A stretch of 64,000 bases of DNA from positions 574,526 to 638,525 of the forward strand of contig JBFLYH010000002.1 in assembly GCA_040756875.1 (NCBI GenBank). The letters run 5' to 3'. Under the pieces are notes generated by a model. The model searched no databases. It was not told the DNA's origin and saw only the letters and a program-made list of their open reading frames with translations. Made by a program: the position numbers and the translations under genes. The stretch comes from a candidate division FCPU426 bacterium (GTDB lineage: Bacteria; Oederibacteriota; JAAXVQ01; JAUVAV01). Shown piece by piece: positions 40,856 to 50,257 of this stretch (position 1 is its first letter; each line of letters begins with the position of its first letter).

Positions 40856-40978
40856 GTTCGTCCGACTCTTTCCGCCTGGCATGCACCGTGATGATCTTAT
40901 TAGCGACAGGGGCACGATGGCCCTGAGCCGGCGCAACAACCCCCCGCCGCCATGCTGTCGGGATACACTCCGGCCTGC

Positions 40979-41056
40979 TAGCAGGGTGCTGAAAACCCAC
41001 ATAGATTCCGCTAGCACCCTGCTACCCCATGAAAAATCTCTGATTTTTCATGGGGT
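40979..41056. repeat. Double hairpin (possible IS-end remnant or terminator)
   Basis: tagcagggtgct/agcaccctgcta and accccatgaaaaatc/gatttttcatggggt. Confidence 0.55.
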
Positions 41057-41110
41057 TTTCAATGCAACGCAATCGAAAAAGACCGCTCTGCGGGCTTATT
41101 CATCAGCCTG

Positions 41111-41452
41111 CTACCGCATTCCGTGTTTGAGGAGTTGGCTCCAGATGATAAGTTTTCCCTGCTTGCTATTGTTGAACTGCATGAATTTTTCAATGGCGCG
41201 GGCTTGTTTGGGGGAAGGTTGATAGGCGTACACCGGGTCCTTGGCATCGCCCCATTGTTTCAGGATTTGCTTGGCATGCAGGTGGGTGAGCGGGGGTCGC
41301 AGGTCCTCGGCCCGCCGGCCCAGACGGCTGGCAATGCCTTCGGCGTTGTCCGTGATGCCGGGATTGTTAGAAAGAAAAACCAGAAGCTCCCACAGCAGGA
41401 GCGACTTGACGTGCTGTGCGATGAAATCTTCCAGTTCTTTGTCGGCTTTCAC
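41111..41452 (-). CDS. Small hypothetical protein, possible winged helix
   Basis: GGAGG RBS, GTG start; AEGIASRLGR..EDL..L..L pattern. Confidence 0.55.
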   Translation of the reverse strand: MKADKELEDFIAQHVKSLLLWELLVFLSNNPGITDNAEGIASRLGRRAEDLRPPLTHLHAKQILKQWGDAKDPVYAYQPSPKQARAIEKFMQFNNSKQGKLIIWSQLLKHGMR

Positions 41453-41591
41453 CGCTTGCCTCCAACCGCCCGGGTGTGAATCGAAAGGCGAACACTGACT
41501 ACCGTCGGAGAATCCGAGATATCGCAGAGTATAGCACAGGCCGCAGGGCGAGCCAACCGAAAACCTGAAATCGCCGGGTTTTTTAAGCTCT

Positions 41592-44471
41592 TTATGGCTG
41601 TTTTCGGCCCAGAAGCTTCGCCAGGTAGCGGCCGGTGTGCGAACGCGGCTCGCGGATGATTTCCTCCGGACGGCCGAACGCCACCACGCGCCCACCGGCT
41701 TCCCCGCCCTCGGGGCCGAGGTCCAACACATAATCCGCGGACTTGACCACGTCCAGGTTGTGCTCCACCACTACCACGGTATTGCCGCTTTCCACCAGGC
41801 GGCCGAGCACGTCCAGCAGCTTGTGCACGTCCGCGAAATGCAGGCCCGTGGTCGGCTCGTCCAGGATGTAGAGCGTGCGCCCCGTGGCCCGCTTGCCGAG
41901 CTCGGCCGACAGCTTGAGACGCTGGGCCTCGCCGCCGGAAAGCGTGGTGGCGGACTGCCCCAGTTTGATGTACCCCAGCCCCACGTCCGACACGGTCTGC
42001 AAAATACGCTTCAGACGCGGCACGGGCGCGAAAAATTCCAGCGCCTCGTCCACGATCAGGTCCAGCACCTCGGCGATGGTTTTGCCTTTATAGCGCACTT
42101 CCAGGGTCTCGCGGTTGTAGCGTTGGCCCCGGCAGACCTCGCACGGCACGTACACGTCGGACAGGAAGTGCATTTCGATCTTGATGATGCCGTCCCCGCC
42201 GCAGGCTTCGCAGCGCCCGCCTTTGACGTTGAACGAGAACCGGCCGGGCTTATAGCCCCGCACCTTGGCTTCGGGCGTCAGGGCGAACAGGTCGCGGATC
42301 TCGTTGAAGGCGCCGGTGTACGTGGCGGGGTTGGACCGGGGGGTGCGGCCGATGGGCGACTGGTCGATGTTGATGATCTTGTCCAGGTGCTCGGCGCCCC
42401 GCAGGTCGTCGTACCCGGCGGGCTTGACCCGGCCGCGGTACACGGCATGCCGCATGGCCGGCTCCAGGGTCTCCTGCACCAGCGAGCTTTTGCCCGAACC
42501 GGACACGCCGGTGACGCAGATGAACGTGCCCAGGGGCAGGCGCACGTCCACGTGCTTCAGGTTGTTGGTGACCGCGCCGGTCAGGACGAGCTCGGTCCCC
42601 AGGCCGCTGCGGCGCTGCGCCGGCACGGGCACGGCCTGTTTGCCGGTGAGGTACTGCCCGGTCAGGGATTTGGGGTCCTGCATCACGTCCTGCGGCGTGC
42701 CCTGGGCCACGATCTCCCCGCCCCACACGCCCGCGCCCGGGCCCATGTCGATCAGATGGTCGGCCTGGCGCATGGTTTCCTCGTCGTGTTCGACCACCAG
42801 CACGGTGTTGCCCAGGTCGCGCAGCCGCTTGAGGGTGTCGAGCAGGCGCTGGTTGTCGCGCTGGTGCAGGCCGACGGAGGGTTCGTCCAGGATGTACAGC
42901 ACGCCGACCAGCGAAGAGCCGATCTGCGTGGCCAGGTGGATGCGCTGGGCTTCCCCGCCGGACAGCGTGCCCGTGGCGCGGTTCAGCGCGAGGTAGTCCA
43001 GTCCCACGTTGGACAGGAAGCCCAGGCGTTCCGAGACTTCCTTGACCACCTGGCGGGCGATGGCCGCTTCCCGCTCCGTAAGGCGGAGTCCGCGAAAGAA
43101 GGCGATGGCCGCGTCCACGGTCAGCTCGGTCACTTCGATGATGTTTTTGCCTTCGATCCTGACCGCGAGGCTCTCCGGCCGCAGCCGCCGGCCGCCGCAG
43201 GCTGTGCAGGTCTGCACGCGCATGAAGCGGCTGGAAATTTCCTCCCGGATGTACTCCGAATCCGTTTCCTGATAGATGCGCTGGGTGCGCGGCAGCACGC
43301 CTTCGAAAGTGCCCACGTAATTGTAAGAGGATTCGGACCCGCGGAAGCGGAACGGCATGCGCTCCTCGCCCGAGCCGTGAAGAATGATTTTCCGGTGCTC
43401 GGGCTTGAGGCGTTTCCAGGGCATATCCAGCGAGAACCCGTAGTGTTTGGCCACGGACTGCAGCATGGCCCGGTAGATGTAGGCCGTGGGCGAATTCCAG
43501 GGCAGGATCGCGCCCTCGTTGAGCGTTTGGTTGGGGTCCACCGCCAGGTCCGGGTCCACTTCCATCTTCACGCCCAGGCCCGTGCACTCCGGGCATGCGC
43601 CCTGGGGCGAGTTGAAGGAAAACATGCGGGGCGTGAGCTCCTCGAAGGACAGCCCGCAATGCGCGCAGGCGTACTTTTCGGAGAACACCAGGGTGGCCTG
43701 GTCGCGGGCCGCGCGGCTGTGGCTCTTTTTTCCGCCTCCCGGCGCGGCGGCGTCCAGGCGGTGGACCAGCACCGTGCCCTCGCCGCGCTTGAGCGCGGTT
43801 TCCAGCGAATCAGCCAGCCTTCGCGCGATATCCTTGCCGATCACCAGGCGGTCCACCACCACTTCAATGTCGTGCTTGCGCTGCTTGTCCAGTTTGAAGT
43901 CCTCGTCCAGGTCCCGCACCTCGCCGTCCACGCGTACGCGCACGAACCCTTCGCGCTTGAGCAGGTCGAACAGTTTGCGGTACTCGCCTTTGCGGCTCAT
44001 GACCACCGGAGCCAGGACGAGAATCCGCTCCTGGGCCGGGAGCGCCAGCACCTGGTCCACGATTTCCTGGACGGTCTGCCGCTGGATGGGCCGGCCGCAC
44101 TGGGGGCAGTGGGGGCGGCCGATACGTGCGAAGAGCAGGCGCAGGTGGTCGTAGATTTCGGTCACGGTCCCGACCGTGGAGCGGGGATTCTTGGACCCGC
44201 TCTTTTGCTGGATGGCGATGGCTGGCGACAGGCCTTCAATGGCGTCCACGTCGGGCTTTTCCATTTGCCCCAGGAACTGGCGGGCGTAGGCTGAAAGCGA
44301 CTCGACGTAGCGACGCTGCCCTTCGGCGTAGATGGTGTCGAAGGCAAGCGAGGATTTGCCCGACCCCGACAACCCGGTGATGACCACCAGCCGGTTGCGC
44401 GGAATGGACAGGCTCAGGTTCTTGAGATTGTGCTCGCGGGCGCCGGTAATGAGGATTTGGTCAAGGGCCAT
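41592..44471 (-). CDS. uvrA: Excinuclease ABC subunit A
   Basis: GAREHNLKN, two Walker A motifs, zinc fingers, two LSGGEAQR. Confidence 0.98.
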   Translation of the reverse strand: MALDQILITGAREHNLKNLSLSIPRNRLVVITGLSGSGKSSLAFDTIYAEGQRRYVESLSAYARQFLGQMEKPDVDAIEGLSPAIAIQQKSGSKNPRSTVGTVTEIYDHLRLLFARIGRPHCPQCGRPIQRQTVQEIVDQVLALPAQERILVLAPVVMSRKGEYRKLFDLLKREGFVRVRVDGEVRDLDEDFKLDKQRKHDIEVVVDRLVIGKDIARRLADSLETALKRGEGTVLVHRLDAAAPGGGKKSHSRAARDQATLVFSEKYACAHCGLSFEELTPRMFSFNSPQGACPECTGLGVKMEVDPDLAVDPNQTLNEGAILPWNSPTAYIYRAMLQSVAKHYGFSLDMPWKRLKPEHRKIILHGSGEERMPFRFRGSESSYNYVGTFEGVLPRTQRIYQETDSEYIREEISSRFMRVQTCTACGGRRLRPESLAVRIEGKNIIEVTELTVDAAIAFFRGLRLTEREAAIARQVVKEVSERLGFLSNVGLDYLALNRATGTLSGGEAQRIHLATQIGSSLVGVLYILDEPSVGLHQRDNQRLLDTLKRLRDLGNTVLVVEHDEETMRQADHLIDMGPGAGVWGGEIVAQGTPQDVMQDPKSLTGQYLTGKQAVPVPAQRRSGLGTELVLTGAVTNNLKHVDVRLPLGTFICVTGVSGSGKSSLVQETLEPAMRHAVYRGRVKPAGYDDLRGAEHLDKIINIDQSPIGRTPRSNPATYTGAFNEIRDLFALTPEAKVRGYKPGRFSFNVKGGRCEACGGDGIIKIEMHFLSDVYVPCEVCRGQRYNRETLEVRYKGKTIAEVLDLIVDEALEFFAPVPRLKRILQTVSDVGLGYIKLGQSATTLSGGEAQRLKLSAELGKRATGRTLYILDEPTTGLHFADVHKLLDVLGRLVESGNTVVVVEHNLDVVKSADYVLDLGPEGGEAGGRVVAFGRPEEIIREPRSHTGRYLAKLLGRKQP

Positions 44472-44573
44472 GGGAGTTCCTTTTTCAAATAATGAAGGAA
44501 AGGGGATAGCTTAGCACATCGCCAACTGGGCTTGTCAAGCGGACCCGGGCCAGACTATCAGGGATGCTGATTG

Positions 44574-44603
44574 TGTAGGGGCGTTCAATTGAACGCCCCT
44601 ACA
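44574..44603. repeat. GTAG-family REP, perfect 30-bp palindrome
   Basis: tgtaggggcgttcaattgaacgcccctaca. Confidence 0.85.
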
Positions 44604-44616
44604 GGCAGTCATCTTT

Positions 44617-45756
44617 TCAGGGGGCCACAGGCCAACGGGCCCGGTAGCGCCCGTCCAGCCAGCGTTTGAGCCTGGCCGCCCAGCGGCCGGCCAGGGCCGC
44701 GTGCGGCAGCGCGAGCAGGGCTTCGCTCTTTCCCAGTGAAACCAGTTGGCAGCCGCGATAAGGCCCTTGGAACCGCCGCTTCCCCTGGCGTCGCAGGCTG
44801 GCCAGGAGGTTCGCGGCCAGGACCGGGCCCTGGGCCCGGGCCAGGCTGCCGCTGCGCAGGGAGCGGGTTCCGGAAACCGTGGCGCAATCGCCGGTCGCGA
44901 ACACGCCTGGGTGCCGGTTGACCTCCAGGGTCCGGTCCACGGCCAGGGCGCCGTACTCGTCGGACGGCAGGCCGGATTTTCCCAGCCAGTCGTCGCAACG
45001 GCCTCCTGTGGCCACCACAGCCAGATCAAAAGGGACGGTCTCTCCGCGTTCCAGCACGAGCCGGTTCGACTGGATGTGCTGAACCGCGGCGCCTGTGCGC
45101 ACCACGACGTCGTGCGCGATCAGGGCGCGGAAGGCCAGCCGGCCGGCGGCCGGGGCCAGATTGGGCAGCACCCGATCGCGGCGCTCCACCAGCGTCAGCT
45201 TCCAGCCTTCGCTGGGCGCACGCTCGGCCATCAGCTGGGCGGCATTGACCGCGTATTCCACGCCCGACGGCCCGGCGCCCACGACCGCAAGCTCCAGCCG
45301 CCGCTGTGGGAACAGCTCCAGGAACGTCTCAATTTCATTGCGGATCTCGAGCACTTTGTACACGGGAAAGACCGGGAAACTGCCCTCGGCCGGAACATCG
45401 CGCTCCAGCTCCTGCGATATAGACCCCACGGCCAGGGCGATCAGATCAAAATCCAGCACCCGGCCGGACCGGGTCAGCAGTTTTTTCTGCTGCGGAAGCA
45501 GGGACACGGCCTCGTCCTGCACGAAATCCGCGCCCTGGCGGCGGCACAGTTCCTTCAAGTCGACCTGGAAATCCTTGAGCCCGTATTCGCCGCCCAGGAC
45601 GCCGGCCGCGAAGTTCGGGAAAAACCAATGCGGATTCCGGTCCAGCAGGATGATGCGGCCGCCGCAGGCCCGCAGGGAGCGGCTGCGGGCCAGCACTTCG
45701 AGGTGGGCATGACCGGCGCCCACCAGCAGAATTTTAGTTTCAGACATCTCAGCCAT
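44617..45756 (-). CDS. FAD-dependent pyridine nucleotide-disulfide oxidoreductase (NDH-2-like, resembles the domain fused to SelD)
   Basis: LVGAGHAH, VVGAGPSGVE, FATGDCA. Confidence 0.8.
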   Translation of the reverse strand: MAEMSETKILLVGAGHAHLEVLARSRSLRACGGRIILLDRNPHWFFPNFAAGVLGGEYGLKDFQVDLKELCRRQGADFVQDEAVSLLPQQKKLLTRSGRVLDFDLIALAVGSISQELERDVPAEGSFPVFPVYKVLEIRNEIETFLELFPQRRLELAVVGAGPSGVEYAVNAAQLMAERAPSEGWKLTLVERRDRVLPNLAPAAGRLAFRALIAHDVVVRTGAAVQHIQSNRLVLERGETVPFDLAVVATGGRCDDWLGKSGLPSDEYGALAVDRTLEVNRHPGVFATGDCATVSGTRSLRSGSLARAQGPVLAANLLASLRRQGKRRFQGPYRGCQLVSLGKSEALLALPHAALAGRWAARLKRWLDGRYRARWPVAP

Positions 45757-46924
45757 GAGTCTTGCCTGTCTCCTCCGCCACAATTTCGCCGCCGCCCAAC
45801 AGGCGGCCGCCGCGGTAGAAGGCCGCCACCTGCCCCGGGGTCACGGCCCTCACCGGCTGGCTGAAGCTGACCAGGCAGTCCGCGTCTCCCTGCCGGCGGA
45901 CGCGGGCAGGAACCGGGCGCTGCCGGTACCGGATCATGACGTCCATTTCCTCGTCCTCCCGCGCGGCCCTGTCCGGCTCGGCCAGCCAGTTGACGCGGCC
46001 CACCCGCAAGGTGCGCGTCCACAGGGCCTCGTCCGGCCCTACGATCACGCGGTTGCGGCCGGGGTCCAGGCTGACCACGTACAGAGGGTGCGGCGCGGCC
46101 ACGCCCAGCCCCCGGCGCTGCCCGATGGTGTAATGGGGCAAGCCCTGGTGCTCGCCCAGCACGCGGCCTTCGAGATCCACGATGTCACCGGGCACAAACG
46201 CCCCGGGGGCGCGCTGGTGAAGAAAATCGGCGTAGGCATGTTCGCGCAAGAAACATATTTCCGTGCTCGTGGCCTGCCCGGCGGACGCGGTCAGTTCCCG
46301 CTTGCGCTGCCGGCACAAGGGAAACCGCACCTGCTCAAACCGCGCATGTGGCACCAGCGACAGGAAGTAGGTCTGGTCCTTGGTCTCGTCGAGCGCCCGC
46401 AGGACGCGCGGCCTGTCGGGCCCGTTTTCCAGGCAGGCGTAGTGGCCGGTGGCCAGGCCGTCGGCGCCCAGGTCCCTGGCCCGGTCGAGAAGCAGGCCGA
46501 ATTTGATCTCCCGGTTGCAGAGGGCGCAGGGGTTGGGTGTAAGTCCCCGGCTGAACCCAGCCACAAACGGCCCGATCACCCGCGCCTCGAATTCAGGCCG
46601 CAGGTCGAGCAGATGGTGCTCCACGCCCAGGCGCTTCGCGGCCTCCACGCCGTCCACGCAGGCGCAGGGCGACGCGAAGCCGACCGTAGGAAGTCCCCTG
46701 GGGATAGTCCCATATCCATCCGGTCGGGGAGCAACGCACTGGCTGCAGCCGTGTTCTGGCAAACCGGCTTGGGCTCGGGCCTGAGTTCGGGAGGTTGGCG
46801 CCAACTCGGACAGGTCCGGGCACAATTGCATGGTGAGTCCGAATACTTCATGGCCTTCGGCCAAAAGCTGCCTGGCCGCGGCCGTGGAATCCACGCCGCC
46901 CGAGAGAGCCACTGCCATGCGCAT
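45749..46924 (-). CDS. mnmA: tRNA-specific 2-thiouridylase (divergent)
   Basis: SGGVDS, PNPCALCNREIKFG, ATGHY, KDQTYFL, YTIGQRRGLG, VTPGQ. Confidence 0.9.
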   Translation of the reverse strand: MRMAVALSGGVDSTAAARQLLAEGHEVFGLTMQLCPDLSELAPTSRTQARAQAGLPEHGCSQCVAPRPDGYGTIPRGLPTVGFASPCACVDGVEAAKRLGVEHHLLDLRPEFEARVIGPFVAGFSRGLTPNPCALCNREIKFGLLLDRARDLGADGLATGHYACLENGPDRPRVLRALDETKDQTYFLSLVPHARFEQVRFPLCRQRKRELTASAGQATSTEICFLREHAYADFLHQRAPGAFVPGDIVDLEGRVLGEHQGLPHYTIGQRRGLGVAAPHPLYVVSLDPGRNRVIVGPDEALWTRTLRVGRVNWLAEPDRAAREDEEMDVMIRYRQRPVPARVRRQGDADCLVSFSQPVRAVTPGQVAAFYRGGRLLGGGEIVAEETGKTHG

Positions 46925-46959
46925 ACAGCCAAAGCGTTCCTTTCTTAGGATCGGTTCCA

Positions 46960-47106
46960 GTAGGGGCGTTCAAGTGGAGTGACCCCCCGGACAAAAATCC
47001 GGGGCTCCCTCCCTCCGCAAAACAATCCCGCAATCCTCTCCCCGGCCAGCGGTCCCTTCGGGAGCTGAAGCCCGGGGATTCTTGCGGAGGGATTGAACGC
47101 CCCTAC
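46960..47106. repeat. Composite REP: GTAG-REP arms around a structured insert
   Basis: gtaggggcgttcaa ... ttgaacgcccctac, same arms as 44574-44603, with internal hairpins. Confidence 0.8.
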
Positions 47107-47196
47107 CAATTCGAAAGCAGGGTCGTGGCGGATTAAGGTCTGGGCGTGGGCATTATAGCGCAGGAAGGAAGGTGAGCAAGGTAAAAGATGGGCGGA

Positions 47197-48912
47197 TCAA
47201 GGCTGGGCTGGGGCGAGGTCCTTCAGCGCGGTTTCGATCTCCAGCGCTTCGAATCCGTAAGCCGGCTGCAGGCGTTTGGCCTGGGTATAATTATACCGAG
47301 CCTCGTCCATCCGCCCCATCCGCCGCAGCGCCCGGGCGGCCAGGAGATGGGCTTGGTAATCCAGGGGGTTCAGGGGCTGGATTTCCTGCAAATGCATCAG
47401 GGCGTCGCGCAGGCGGCCGCGACGGAGCATTTGTTCTGCCGCCTGTTTTCCCTGCAGATACGCCAGATATTTGGCATAGCCGCCGTTGGGCAACAGCCGG
47501 TCTTCCGGAACCGGCGGTTCAGCGGGCGCGGTTGCGAAGGAGTCCAAGTCAAAGGGCACGAAACTGCCCAGCTGATGCGGTGCCGCCGCCACCCAGAGCC
47601 GGCCGCGGCTCAGGTCCAGCATCACGGCCTGCACGGCGGTCAGGGAATTGACAGCCGACCGGTTGCCCAGTCCCAGGCGGCCGCCATAGACCGCCTGGCG
47701 GTCGCGTAGAATCCCCGCCAGGACCGGGGCGTCCACCGGCCGGTCAGTGGTTGCCAGGAGGTATTCCAGGCGTTTCAACCGGAGCCGCGCCGAGCGCGGC
47801 AAGGTTCCGCCGTTTCCCTGAGCGCGGAGCGCCTCGCGGACGAAAATCCGGGGCTCTTTCCCTCCGCCCGGCGCATTTTGCAAATCCTTTCCCGGGGTTT
47901 TCACCCGGGAGGTGCTGTCGAAGGATTGAAAGGCCTGCGTCGCCAGGATCATACGCTGGCTCAGGGGGCGGACCACGGTCTGCTCCGGCCCCTTTTCCAC
48001 GGCCACCGCGCGGTTTTCAGAGCCGCAGCCGACCAGAAAGGTTTGCGGAGCCAAGACCGGCGTGCGTTGGATGAGGTCCACGGCCTCGTCCAGCCGGCTG
48101 GTTTCGGCAAGTACACGCCGCGCCAGCATGCCGGCAGCCAGGCCGCCGTTGGCCCGGCCCGCCTTCAAGCCAGGCAGCACGCATACGCCCACTCCGGCTT
48201 CGTTGATGCCCGCCAGCGTGCCCCATTGTCCGGGCCGGAGCAAACATAAAAACCGCCGGCCAACCGCCGGGTTGAACAGGACCACGGCTTTGCGTTCGTC
48301 CCACTCCCGGCCTTCCGGCCATTCCCAGGCCATGGCCAGCCATAACGGTTGCTGGGTGTGCCCTGCCAAAACGCAGCCCACGGCGCTGGGGCTTGTCGCC
48401 ACGGCCCCCCGGGGGATCAAATCATAGTCGAACTGCGAAACCAGGGCGCGTGCGCGGCTCCGCGGGCCAAGCCCGGCCTGGATTTGCCCGGCGACCTCGC
48501 GTTGGACTTCCTCCGGAACGTTCAGCAGGCTGGACAGATGGCGCCAGGCCAGCCAGCGCCATTGCAGCCAGCCGGGCGCCAGCGGATGGGCCGGCAAAAG
48601 GTTGTCCTGGGTTTGGGGGAAAAACCGCGCCAGGGCCCAACCGCGCAATTCCGGTTCGCCCTCCAGATAACACGCGGTCAGAGGCCCGCGCCTGAAGGCA
48701 TAGCATGGGCCCAGGCTGATCCGCCCCGAAGGGTCCGAGGTCAGGGCAGGCGGAGCCAGCGCCCGGGCGGGCAGCGGCGGGAGCAACAGGCAATCGCTGA
48801 TCACCCACACGGCCGCCACCCAGCCGGGCAGCAGCCAGAGCAGGTGCCAAAACAACGGCCGCCTGGGCTGGCGGCCAATGGGAAGCGCGGGTTGGGTACG
48901 GACGGTCTTCAT
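47197..48912 (-). CDS. C45/AAT (Ntn-hydrolase)-like protein with C-terminal TPR, degenerate
   Basis: LAGINEAG, LARRVL, AVAVEKGP, ILRDR..LGLGN..AVN; N-terminal TM. Confidence 0.65.
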   Translation of the reverse strand: MKTVRTQPALPIGRQPRRPLFWHLLWLLPGWVAAVWVISDCLLLPPLPARALAPPALTSDPSGRISLGPCYAFRRGPLTACYLEGEPELRGWALARFFPQTQDNLLPAHPLAPGWLQWRWLAWRHLSSLLNVPEEVQREVAGQIQAGLGPRSRARALVSQFDYDLIPRGAVATSPSAVGCVLAGHTQQPLWLAMAWEWPEGREWDERKAVVLFNPAVGRRFLCLLRPGQWGTLAGINEAGVGVCVLPGLKAGRANGGLAAGMLARRVLAETSRLDEAVDLIQRTPVLAPQTFLVGCGSENRAVAVEKGPEQTVVRPLSQRMILATQAFQSFDSTSRVKTPGKDLQNAPGGGKEPRIFVREALRAQGNGGTLPRSARLRLKRLEYLLATTDRPVDAPVLAGILRDRQAVYGGRLGLGNRSAVNSLTAVQAVMLDLSRGRLWVAAAPHQLGSFVPFDLDSFATAPAEPPVPEDRLLPNGGYAKYLAYLQGKQAAEQMLRRGRLRDALMHLQEIQPLNPLDYQAHLLAARALRRMGRMDEARYNYTQAKRLQPAYGFEALEIETALKDLAPAQP

Positions 48913-50198
48913 GCGCGCCCAAGACGCCGGTCGACAATCACAGGTGAAGCCGCTTGGTTGCCTGCGCCCTGAAGCGCTTGGATTTCCTTCAACGACGAGC
49001 GCCGAACTTTGACGTTCAGCGACAGCTGCTGCAGGCGCGACGCCAGCCGGGCGCACACTTTGGGATGCGGCGCCTCCACCCACAAACTCATTTGTTCCTT
49101 GCCGCCCCGCCCTTCAGCCGCGAAGACGAAAGCGCCCGCTTCAGGCTCGCCCCAGAGCACGCCCCGCAGCGTTTCGGGATACCAGGTCTTTCCACCCAGT
49201 TGCAGGATTTCGGTTTTGGGGCCCAGCAGGGGGCCGATGCGCGGCGTCCAGCGCCCGCAGGCGCAGGCGCCCGTACGCAACGCGGCGAGTTCGCCCGTGC
49301 GGAAGCGCAGCACCGGCATACCCGCAACGCCGAACGGCGTGAGGCAAACCTCGCCCACTTCCCCGGCTGCAGCGGGCCTGCCTTGGGGATCAAGCACTTC
49401 GACATGAAGCACTTCCGGGTGCGCGTGCAGGCAGCCGGCCTCGCATTCCGCGAAGGAAGCCGAGGCTTCCAAGTGCAGGGACATCATCAGCGTCTTGGCG
49501 TTCCACAGCCGCGCCAGATAATTCCCCAGATCGTTCGGGCTGTCGTCCTGGTTGCGCAGCGAAGCGCCCAGCACCACCAGCCTCCGGACCGACCGGCGGC
49601 GCAGGTTGACGCCTTCGCGCTCCGCCGCCGTCGTAACGTTGCGCAGGTACTCCGCGTCCGCGTACAGGGTTCCGGGCTGATGCAAGCCGAGAACGGCGTC
49701 CAGGTCCCGCGCCGCGGGCTGCCCGCCCCGCAGCACCGTGGCCCCGATCCGCCGCAACCCCAGATACGTGGCAAGGCCGGAAAGGCCGCACCGGTCCCAG
49801 GGCAGCGCCGAAAAAACCGTTTCCCGCTCCCCCACTTCCAGAAGCTTGGCCGACAACTGCTGGTCATAAGCCAGCCGGGACAGGTCGCTCTCGGTCAGTT
49901 TCAACCAGCAATCGACGTTTTTTCCCGCCTGCCGGCTCGCGACCGCCGCGATGTCCGCGACTTCTTCGGGCCGGACGCAGAGAAACCGGTCGTGCTCGCG
50001 CTGCAGATCCTCGGCGCTGATGGCCGGCAGGTGCCGCAGGTCGTCCAGGCTTTTGAAATCGGTGGGCAGCAGGCGTTCACGGTCGAACAGGTCGCGGTAG
50101 AAAGGCGCGCGCTGGTAGACGTAATGGATCGTTTTGCGCAGTTGGCGGACCTGGATGATAGCGATTTCTTCAGGGGCAAACCATTCTGTTTTCGACAT
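48909..50198 (-). CDS. Phenylacetate-CoA ligase (PaaK)-family protein, degenerate
   Basis: PFYR, EC..G.H.HPE...VE, GEVGEV..T..G...P..RFRTG, CACGR. Confidence 0.7.
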   Translation of the reverse strand: MSKTEWFAPEEIAIIQVRQLRKTIHYVYQRAPFYRDLFDRERLLPTDFKSLDDLRHLPAISAEDLQREHDRFLCVRPEEVADIAAVASRQAGKNVDCWLKLTESDLSRLAYDQQLSAKLLEVGERETVFSALPWDRCGLSGLATYLGLRRIGATVLRGGQPAARDLDAVLGLHQPGTLYADAEYLRNVTTAAEREGVNLRRRSVRRLVVLGASLRNQDDSPNDLGNYLARLWNAKTLMMSLHLEASASFAECEAGCLHAHPEVLHVEVLDPQGRPAAAGEVGEVCLTPFGVAGMPVLRFRTGELAALRTGACACGRWTPRIGPLLGPKTEILQLGGKTWYPETLRGVLWGEPEAGAFVFAAEGRGGKEQMSLWVEAPHPKVCARLASRLQQLSLNVKVRRSSLKEIQALQGAGNQAASPVIVDRRLGRA

Positions 50199-50227
50199 GC
50201 CTTCCCCCGGGGATCAAGCGTCCATCC

Positions 50228-50257
50228 ATTGTAATGATACGGTGCAAACCCTGTCAA
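50228..50257 (-). promoter_or_regulatory. sigma70-type promoter
   Basis: TTGACA-N18-TACAAT. Confidence 0.5.

Noticed and set aside
40860-41590. c-di-GMP riboswitch near the GGDEF gene
   Set aside because: No GEMM-type conserved motifs seen in either intergenic region.
41637-44294. 885-aa plus-strand ORF
   Set aside because: Lies wholly antisense to uvrA; shadow ORF.
44508-44538. uvrA promoter / SOS box
   Set aside because: TTGACA to TAAGCT spacing is 19 bp and no recognisable LexA palindrome was found.
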